DNA of 64,000 nucleotides from Candidatus Uhrbacteria bacterium (GTDB lineage Bacteria; Patescibacteriota; Patescibacteriia; UBA9934; GWF2-40-263): NCBI GenBank assembly GCA_023246355.1, contig JAHFIQ010000002.1, positions 24,333 to 88,332 of the forward strand, read 5' to 3'. Shown piece by piece: positions 57,676 to 64,000 of this stretch (position 1 is its first letter; each line of letters starts with the position of its first letter). The notes under the pieces were generated by a model. It saw only the letters and a program-made list of their open reading frames with translations, ran no database searches and was not told where the DNA came from. The position numbers and the translations under genes were made by a program.

Positions 57676-59004
57676 ATGAATCTCGTCATGATTGGAACCG
57701 GGTATGTGGGGCTGACCACCGGTGTGGGATTTGCCACGCTCGGACACCAGGTGGTGTGTGTTGATATTGATGCCGGAAAGATTGCACGGTTGGATCGGGG
57801 CGAAGTGCCATTTTATGAACCAGGACTTCAGGATGCCTTGAAGCACGTACAAGAGAAGGGAAGAATTTTGTTTACGTCTGATCTGAAGAGTGTGATTGGC
57901 GGGGCCGAGGTCGTGATGATTGCTGTGGGCACGCCTCCCAAGAGTACAGGCGAGGCCGATTTGACCACCCTGTTTGCCGTCGCTGATCAAATTGGAACCT
58001 TGCTTGATCACGAAGCAGTGATTGCGGTGAAGAGCACGGTGCCGGTTGGGACAAATAGAAAAGTCATCGCTCGTATTCGCGAGTCCATGGAAAGAGCAGG
58101 GCGAGCAGAGCTGACGAGTCTCATCAACATCGTGTCCGTCCCAGAGTTTCTTCGCGAAGGTTCTGCGTTCGAAGATTTTTTGCAGCCGGATCGCGTGGTG
58201 ATCGGGAGCGATGACAAGATCGCCGCGCAGACCGTGGAGCGGCTGCATAAGGAAATGATGGCGCCCCGGGTGCTGACCACCCTTGAATCGGCTGAGCTCA
58301 TCAAGTATGCGGCCAACGCCTTTCTCGCCACAAAAATTTCTTTCATCAACGAGATTGCTAATCTTGCCGATCGTGTCGGCGCCGATGTTCGTCATGTGGC
58401 TGAAGGGATCGGCCACGACCACCGGATCGGTCCGCATTTTTTAAAAGCCGGCGTGGGCTATGGCGGTTCGTGTTTTCCAAAAGATGTTTCCGCGCTTGAA
58501 CAAATCTCTGGTGCTAACGGGTATGCCTTCAAACTTCTTTCGGCTGTGATCGAAGTCAATAATCGCCAGCGCGAAATGTTTTTCAAACGGATGGTGGAAG
58601 CGCTCGGAGGAGTGAAAGGTCGACGTGTCGCCGTCTGGGGACTGGCATTTAAGGCTCACACAGATGACATTCGCGAATCCGCTGGGATCGAGATCGCCCA
58701 ACGTCTTCATGCCGCCGGTGCCGACCTCTCTGTGTACGATCCTCAAGCCATGGGAAATGCAAGAAGCGTGTTATCCGATCACGTGGAGTTTGCCGCCACC
58801 GCGATGGATGCGGCCACAGGAGCTGATGTGCTGGTTGTGCTCACTGAATGGCCAGAGTTTCGCGAAGTGTCTTTTTCTACTCTGCGCGATCGTATGATCG
58901 AACCGATTATTTTTGACGGACGGAATCATTTGGCAGACCTGAATCTTCATGCGCACGGATTCGCATATCACGGCGTTGGCCTGGGGACCTATGACATTGC
59001 GTGA
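57676..59004 (+). CDS. ugd: UDP-glucose 6-dehydrogenase
   Basis: MNLVMIGTGYVGLTTG Rossmann motif, GGSCFPKD catalytic Cys. Confidence 0.8.
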   Translation: MNLVMIGTGYVGLTTGVGFATLGHQVVCVDIDAGKIARLDRGEVPFYEPGLQDALKHVQEKGRILFTSDLKSVIGGAEVVMIAVGTPPKSTGEADLTTLFAVADQIGTLLDHEAVIAVKSTVPVGTNRKVIARIRESMERAGRAELTSLINIVSVPEFLREGSAFEDFLQPDRVVIGSDDKIAAQTVERLHKEMMAPRVLTTLESAELIKYAANAFLATKISFINEIANLADRVGADVRHVAEGIGHDHRIGPHFLKAGVGYGGSCFPKDVSALEQISGANGYAFKLLSAVIEVNNRQREMFFKRMVEALGGVKGRRVAVWGLAFKAHTDDIRESAGIEIAQRLHAAGADLSVYDPQAMGNARSVLSDHVEFAATAMDAATGADVLVVLTEWPEFREVSFSTLRDRMIEPIIFDGRNHLADLNLHAHGFAYHGVGLGTYDIA

Positions 59005-60463
59005 GATTCTGTTGTCTCCTTCCAAAACACTCGCCGTGTCGCTCACGGTGTTTTGTTTTGGGATTCTTGTCTGCCCTCTTGTTCCTGCCTCATGGTGGCC
59101 ATACTGGCTCGCCCTGGCTGTTCTTTCTTTGGCACTTGCCTTCATGCTGAAAAACAAAAAACAGCGGTTCCTCTTCGCCCTCACAGCTCTCTTTTTCCTC
59201 GCGCTGTTCCGGTTCACTTCAGCGATAACTCCGGCCGCCATTCCCCGTGTCTCTGATGGTTCATCTTCGGCGGTTCGTGTGACAGGAACGGTTTCCTCTG
59301 AAGTTGAACGTCGAGTGACGACCCAGGGCGTCGTTCTCGACCACGTCTTGCTTGCCGAGGAACCTCGCGCAGGAAAACTGCTTGTGTGGGTTCCGCTCTA
59401 TCCAGAAATTTTTTACGGAGAGACGCTCGTGTTCAACTGCCGTGTGGAGAAACCAGAACCGATCGAAGGGTTTGCCTATGATGCGTATTTGGCGGGCCAG
59501 GGAATTTTGGCGGTGTGTGCGAGTCCGCAGTACATCGATGTCCACGAACCCACAGCGTTCTCTCTCGTCGGGAGTCTCTTGAATCTGAAAGCCGCCGCGG
59601 TTCGTCAACTACAACACATCCTCCCCGAGCCGCATGCCTCTTTTTTATCTGGGCTCTTATTTGGTGGAAGCTCTTCGCTTTCAAGCGATTTGAAAGACGA
59701 CTTTGCTGCGACCGGCACGTCGCATATCCTTGCGGCATCTGGGTTTAATGTCTCCCTGTTCTCACTCACGTTTCTTTCGTGGATTCTCAAGACACGCATC
59801 GGTCGTAAACGTGGACTCATGCTCACGACCCTCCTCATCCTCGCCTACATGTTTATGGCCGGAGCCACGCCAGCGGTGATCCGTGCTGGGATCATGGGCG
59901 GGGTGGTGATTGTCTCCAAGTGGGTTTCGCGCAAAGCGTACATCGTGAACGTGTTGCTTCTCACGGGCAGTGTGATGTTTCTCCTGAACCCTCTTGTGCT
60001 CAGTGACGTTGGGTTTCAACTTTCATTTGCCGCGACCGCCGGCATCATCGCGCTCACTGATCGCGTGAGCAAGCATCTCTCGTTCATTCCCAATTTGTTT
60101 GAACTGCGGACATCTTTTGCCGCGTCGCTTTCTGCGATCATCGTAACGCTGCCGATTCTCCTCTGGCATTTCGGCACCGTGTCCTTGGTTGCGCCTCTTG
60201 TGAATCTCCTCGTGCTCCCCTTGGTTCCTTACGCGATGTGGCTGACCCTCATCGGGTTATGTTCCACGCTCGTATTTGGGGCGATCGCTCAGATTTCGAT
60301 TTTACCTGCCTGGGCGTTTTCCTGGTTCATGTTGTGGCTCATCTCTATTTTTGGTGCGATTCCGTTTGCCTTTGTTGAACCTGTTCATGCGCAGATTGTT
60401 GCTGTTTTTGTCACCGGTGTTTTTGTGACTCTCCTGATTCGACGTTATGCGCGCCAAACCTAG
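58991..60463 (+). CDS. comEC: ComEC/Rec2 competence channel protein, membrane part (no MBL domain)
   Basis: Polytopic (about 10 TM), N-terminal OB/DUF4131-like region plus competence domain; ends before the MBL domain. Confidence 0.6.
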   Translation: MTLREILLSPSKTLAVSLTVFCFGILVCPLVPASWWPYWLALAVLSLALAFMLKNKKQRFLFALTALFFLALFRFTSAITPAAIPRVSDGSSSAVRVTGTVSSEVERRVTTQGVVLDHVLLAEEPRAGKLLVWVPLYPEIFYGETLVFNCRVEKPEPIEGFAYDAYLAGQGILAVCASPQYIDVHEPTAFSLVGSLLNLKAAAVRQLQHILPEPHASFLSGLLFGGSSSLSSDLKDDFAATGTSHILAASGFNVSLFSLTFLSWILKTRIGRKRGLMLTTLLILAYMFMAGATPAVIRAGIMGGVVIVSKWVSRKAYIVNVLLLTGSVMFLLNPLVLSDVGFQLSFAATAGIIALTDRVSKHLSFIPNLFELRTSFAASLSAIIVTLPILLWHFGTVSLVAPLVNLLVLPLVPYAMWLTLIGLCSTLVFGAIAQISILPAWAFSWFMLWLISIFGAIPFAFVEPVHAQIVAVFVTGVFVTLLIRRYARQT

Positions 60464-61346
60464 ACGCATCATTTTTGAAAAAAAACAGATCATGATTTTG
60501 GTAGTGGTTGTTTGTCTTTTTTCTTTTGGGCACTGGGCTCTCTCAAGTTCACAGACCTGGCCGTTTCAGGAGCGACCGCTCAACGTCTGGATGCTCGATG
60601 TGGGACAGGGCGATGCGCTCTTTATCGAATTTCCCACAGGCGAGCAAATGCTGGTCGACGGTGGCCCAGGGGATGTTGTGCTTGCTAAACTTGGCAGCGT
60701 GCTACCACCGTGGGATCGAACCCTCGACGCGGTTGTGGCAACGCACCCGGATGCCGATCATGTAAGCGGAATTATTTCCGTGTTGGATCGCTATGATGTT
60801 GAGACGATTTATGAAAGTGGAGTCGGCGCCCATACACCGTTTGGAGAAGCGTATGAACAGCGCCGCGATGCAGAATCGACACACGTCGTTCAGATTTCTC
60901 GTGGCGACGTAATCAACATTGGCGAGGTGAGACTCACGATCCTCTGGCCAGAGGAAACACAGGAAGGCCAGTATCCTGAAAAACGAAACAATGTCTCTCT
61001 TGTCTTCTTGCTTGAGTATGGACAGACATCCATGTTGTTTACGGCTGACACAGAAGAAGAAGCCGAAGACGGTTACGCCGCTCAGGTGGGTGACATCGAC
61101 GTGCTCAAAGTCGGGCATCATGGCAGTCTCACCTCAACCAGTTGGAATCTCCTTGAGCTCACTGATCCCGAGGTCGCCCTGATTTCTTTGGGTAAAGATA
61201 ATTCGTATGGCCACCCTCATCCGGTGATTTTGGATCGTTTGGATCAGATCGGAGCACAGATTTTTCGCACGGATCTGGACGGCGATATTCTCCTCACCTC
61301 CTGGGGCGGTGAGCCAACGGTTGTTGCGCACCCCTTGCTGTTCTAA
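60447..61346 (+). CDS. ComEC C-terminal-type MBL-fold nuclease as a separate membrane-anchored protein
   Basis: N-terminal TM (IMILVVVVCLFSF), then LDVGQGDALFI, HPDADHVSG metallo-beta-lactamase motifs; overlaps the previous ORF by 17 nt in another frame. Confidence 0.6.
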   Translation: MRAKPRRIIFEKKQIMILVVVVCLFSFGHWALSSSQTWPFQERPLNVWMLDVGQGDALFIEFPTGEQMLVDGGPGDVVLAKLGSVLPPWDRTLDAVVATHPDADHVSGIISVLDRYDVETIYESGVGAHTPFGEAYEQRRDAESTHVVQISRGDVINIGEVRLTILWPEETQEGQYPEKRNNVSLVFLLEYGQTSMLFTADTEEEAEDGYAAQVGDIDVLKVGHHGSLTSTSWNLLELTDPEVALISLGKDNSYGHPHPVILDRLDQIGAQIFRTDLDGDILLTSWGGEPTVVAHPLLF

Positions 61347-61378
61347 GAGAGTCGTGATAGTTTTTGTGCAACAAATCT

Positions 61379-61846
61379 ATGAAAGATAAACAACAAACAC
61401 TCGTGCTGCTTAAACCCGATGCGCTTCAACGCGATCTCTTGGGGGAGATCATCCGTCGTTTTGAAATGAAGGGACTCAAAATCGTGGGTCTCAAGTTTAT
61501 TCGTCTTACCGAAGCCCTGTTGGACGAGCACTACGCGCATCTTACCGCCAAGCCGTTTTTCGCCAGCCTCAAACAATTTATGATGCAGACGCCGGTGGTT
61601 GGTCTCGTCTTGGAAGGCTACGACGCCGTGGCGGAGATTCGCAAAGTCGTCGGCTCCACGAATCCTCGCGAAGCAGATGCTGGAACAATCCGCGCGGACT
61701 TCTCGATGAATGTTCCGTCCAACTTGATCCACGCGTCAGACTCGGTTGAATCTGCGGCAACGGAGATCAAACGATTTTTTTCCGACGCAGAAATTTTCGA
61801 CTACGAGAAAATTACCGATCGGTATATCTTTGGTGAAGGTATTTAG
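61379..61846 (+). CDS. ndk: Nucleoside diphosphate kinase
   Basis: TLVLLKPDALQR ... NLIHASDS (active-site His). Confidence 0.85.
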   Translation: MKDKQQTLVLLKPDALQRDLLGEIIRRFEMKGLKIVGLKFIRLTEALLDEHYAHLTAKPFFASLKQFMMQTPVVGLVLEGYDAVAEIRKVVGSTNPREADAGTIRADFSMNVPSNLIHASDSVESAATEIKRFFSDAEIFDYEKITDRYIFGEGI

Positions 61847-61986
61847 TTATCCACTTGACGCCCAAAATCCTGTCCTCTAATCTTGAAAGTAAGTTATGCC
61901 ATTACGCACCGCACAACGCGTGAATCTTTCGGAGATCCTTATCTCCCTTTTTGCGTTTATTTATCTCACGCCGTGCGGTGGGTTTG

Positions 61987-62712
61987 ATGCATAAAGATTT
62001 ATTCTTTGATGATCAGGACACCACCGTCACAACGGTGGTGTTTTATATGCACATCGTTTCTTCTCTCGAACAATTTCGATCGCTCTCACGAGAGCAACAA
62101 AGCCGTTCATACATCCCTGAATCGATCACCACTGTGTATCCGATTGAGGAATGTGGCGAGGCCTTTGTTGAGCTTGCGATGGCTCCAAAGAAGTTTCTAC
62201 GTGCGAAAGCGGCTGAGCAATTGAGTGCTGCTCAAGCAGGTCTTCAAGAGAGAACGAATAGGACGTGCACGCTCAAGATTACCGATGCTTTTCGTCCACT
62301 CGCTCTTCAACGAACGTATTTCCGTCAGATTGAAGAACAGATTCGGGAGCGGGAGGGCCTTGAAGGGAAAGCCCTTTGGGAACGCGTCACGCAGTTCATC
62401 GCTGATCCAACTCTTTGTCCACCGCACACCACCGGTGGCGCGGTCGATCTCACAATCATGACAACAACGGGTAAAGAACTCGACATGGGAACTCCTGTGG
62501 ATGCGATAGATGATCGCGCGTACACCTGGCACACCCCTCTTTCTTCACAAGCAAAAAAGAATCGAGAGCTTCTCGTTTCGGTGATGACACAAAGCGGGTT
62601 TGTCAATCTTGTCAGTGAGTGGTGGCACTATTCGTTCGGTGATCAGTATTGGGCGATCGTGAAGGGCGCTTCCGCGGCGATCTACGGAAGCTGTGAATCA
62701 GAAAAGGGATAG
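61987..62712 (+). CDS. D-Ala-D-Ala dipeptidase-like zinc peptidase (VanX / M15D family); start uncertain
   Basis: TDAFRPLALQRTY, PHTTGGAVDLT, EWWHYSFGD motifs. Confidence 0.55.
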   Translation: MHKDLFFDDQDTTVTTVVFYMHIVSSLEQFRSLSREQQSRSYIPESITTVYPIEECGEAFVELAMAPKKFLRAKAAEQLSAAQAGLQERTNRTCTLKITDAFRPLALQRTYFRQIEEQIREREGLEGKALWERVTQFIADPTLCPPHTTGGAVDLTIMTTTGKELDMGTPVDAIDDRAYTWHTPLSSQAKKNRELLVSVMTQSGFVNLVSEWWHYSFGDQYWAIVKGASAAIYGSCESEKG

Positions 62713-62777
62713 ATGTGTTTCTTGCTCAGTGTGTACAGCACATTGAACTGGGAACAGATCGTTCCCAGAGGTGTGAC

Positions 62778-63473
62778 ATGTACTTGGCAAACGCCTGTGG
62801 CAACACGTTTCTCGTCTTGTTTGATCAAGGTCCTTCAACCTGGGAGAGGCTCGCCCAGTTGCGTGCTCAGAATCGATGGAGATTTGATACCGCTCTGGTG
62901 CTTCGCGAGAGCACTCATGCAAGCGTTGAAATGCACGTCGTTGAAAAAGACGGAACCGTCTCAGCAATGTGTGGCAATGGCCTTCGTGCGGTCGCGGCGG
63001 TCTTGGATGATGTGGAACTTCCTCGTCACGTACGGGTTTCCACAGGCATCCTGACGATCGAACGAAGTCTCCGTGGACATTATCGTGTCCCGATGAGGGC
63101 CGTTGTGCGCCAGGAGCGTCTTCATCTGGTGGAAGGAGAACCGCATGTGGTGAAGCTGGTGCGCGACGTCTTTGCCGCGCCGCTCATCCACTGGGGAAAA
63201 GAACATGTGCCTTTCGCCAACACGACGGTTGTCTCATCAGACACCCTTCGCACCATCCATGCTCGGACCTTCGAGCGTGGGGTGAATCAAGAGACCGCTT
63301 CCTGTGGGACCGGTGCCTGTGCGGCTGCTTCTGCGGTGCGAGAAGCCCGGGGCTTGAGTCGACTTCAGGTAGACATTCTCATGCATGGCCACACACTCAC
63401 CGTGTCCACGTCCGACACGGAGACAATTCTTGAAGGTTCTGTGCACATTCAACCCTTGAGGAGGATCGCATGA
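62778..63473 (+). CDS. dapF: Diaminopimelate epimerase
   Basis: NACGNTFLV N-terminus, MCGNGLRAV and SCGTGACAAA catalytic Cys motifs. Confidence 0.7.
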   Translation: MYLANACGNTFLVLFDQGPSTWERLAQLRAQNRWRFDTALVLRESTHASVEMHVVEKDGTVSAMCGNGLRAVAAVLDDVELPRHVRVSTGILTIERSLRGHYRVPMRAVVRQERLHLVEGEPHVVKLVRDVFAAPLIHWGKEHVPFANTTVVSSDTLRTIHARTFERGVNQETASCGTGACAAASAVREARGLSRLQVDILMHGHTLTVSTSDTETILEGSVHIQPLRRIA

Positions 63474-64000
63474 TTGAGTCCAACCTGTCGCTGCTCTCTG
63501 GTGATCAAAGTATTGTGTGGGATGCACCGCTCAAACTGCGTCTCTTGCACGAAATGGGTCATCCGGTTGTGCATCTTGTCCATTCAGCGGATCGCTTCAG
63601 CCGACCCAAGGGTGGATCAACCAAAGCGGAGGTCACAAGCGAAGCCTTTCAGCCAGATGGCAACGTGAATCGATGGACCGCGACCATGGAAGGGGCGATG
63701 TTTCTCGGGCGCATGCCACTGTCTCCGCACCTGTTCAAAGAGGCAGGTGTTGACTTCAAGCGTGTGGCTGCTGTCCGCGGCTGCTCGGTCGCTCAGGTGG
63801 TTGAAGATTTGACCACGAGCGATTGGCTTGGACTCACGCTGCCGCAGGAGGGACTCGTCGCGCATGGCGTCCGTGTTGATGCAATGTTGGAGGTGATGAC
63901 GCATCTGCGTCGACCGCTGTCCAGCAACCTCACGCAATCCATTGGTGACGCACAGCGCAGGGAAGCTCTGGGGTTTTTCGACACGCTGTTTATGCACGGC
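63470..64000 (+). CDS. Hypothetical protein, 3'-partial (open to the window end)
   Basis: ATG overlapping the dapF stop (ATGA); frame is open for 177 codons to the window edge; not in the ORF track, presumably because no stop codon falls inside the window. Confidence 0.3.
   Translation, partial: MIESNLSLLSGDQSIVWDAPLKLRLLHEMGHPVVHLVHSADRFSRPKGGSTKAEVTSEAFQPDGNVNRWTATMEGAMFLGRMPLSPHLFKEAGVDFKRVAAVRGCSVAQVVEDLTTSDWLGLTLPQEGLVAHGVRVDAMLEVMTHLRRPLSSNLTQSIGDAQRREALGFFDTLFMHG

Noticed and set aside
1-64000. CRISPR arrays, transposases, integrases, prophage structural genes, reverse transcriptases
   Set aside because: I found no regularly spaced direct repeats and no ORF with DDE, tyrosine or serine recombinase, RT or Cas-like motifs. 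Island boundaries lack recognisable att or direct repeats.

Overview
This 64 kb window carries about 70 genes. Most sit on a moderate-G+C backbone (roughly 48-52% by eye) of conserved housekeeping genes. Recognised on that backbone are glnII (type-II glutamine synthetase), an NRAMP transporter, xth, typA, tsaD and tsaE, a TrmB-like regulator, a type IV pilus PilB/GspE ATPase, ftsH, rpsA, a VapBC-like pair and gyrA. Also present are rpmF, nusB, rnc, type-III CoaX, proS, HU, rny, truB, infB, trxA, trxB, gdh, leuS, ugd, a two-ORF ComEC, ndk, a VanX-like dipeptidase and dapF. There are three tRNA genes: Glu-TTC, Arg-TCG and Lys-CTT. The backbone is interrupted by several clearly higher-G+C islands (roughly 60-68% by eye). 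These encode orphan, secreted, lipoprotein and membrane proteins, including a Fic-domain protein, a CoxIII-like membrane protein with a twin-arginine-signal protein, a lone P-loop protein, a 672-aa lipoprotein, a NudC-like Nudix and a type IV pilin. I found no CRISPR array, transposase, integrase or rRNA. The most unusual locus is a minus-strand transcription unit at 17951-20260: a 172-aa coiled-coil ORF followed by about 1.55 kb of ORF-free, hairpin-dense, G+C-rich sequence that ends at a strong intrinsic terminator. This looks like a large structured RNA of unknown identity. Other notable observations are a short palindromic repeat family inserted in-frame in tsaD and present in the rpsA 5'UTR, with a related palindrome inside truB. 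There is a promoter-to-terminator-defined candidate sRNA of about 290 nt at 20434-20728. Two divergent tRNA promoters share a palindromic -35 element. Gene content (RNase Y, TrmB-PilB, a two-ORF ComEC, a small-genome flavour) suggests a reduced-genome bacterium, possibly an episymbiont, with islands acquired from high-G+C donors. That last point is inference only.
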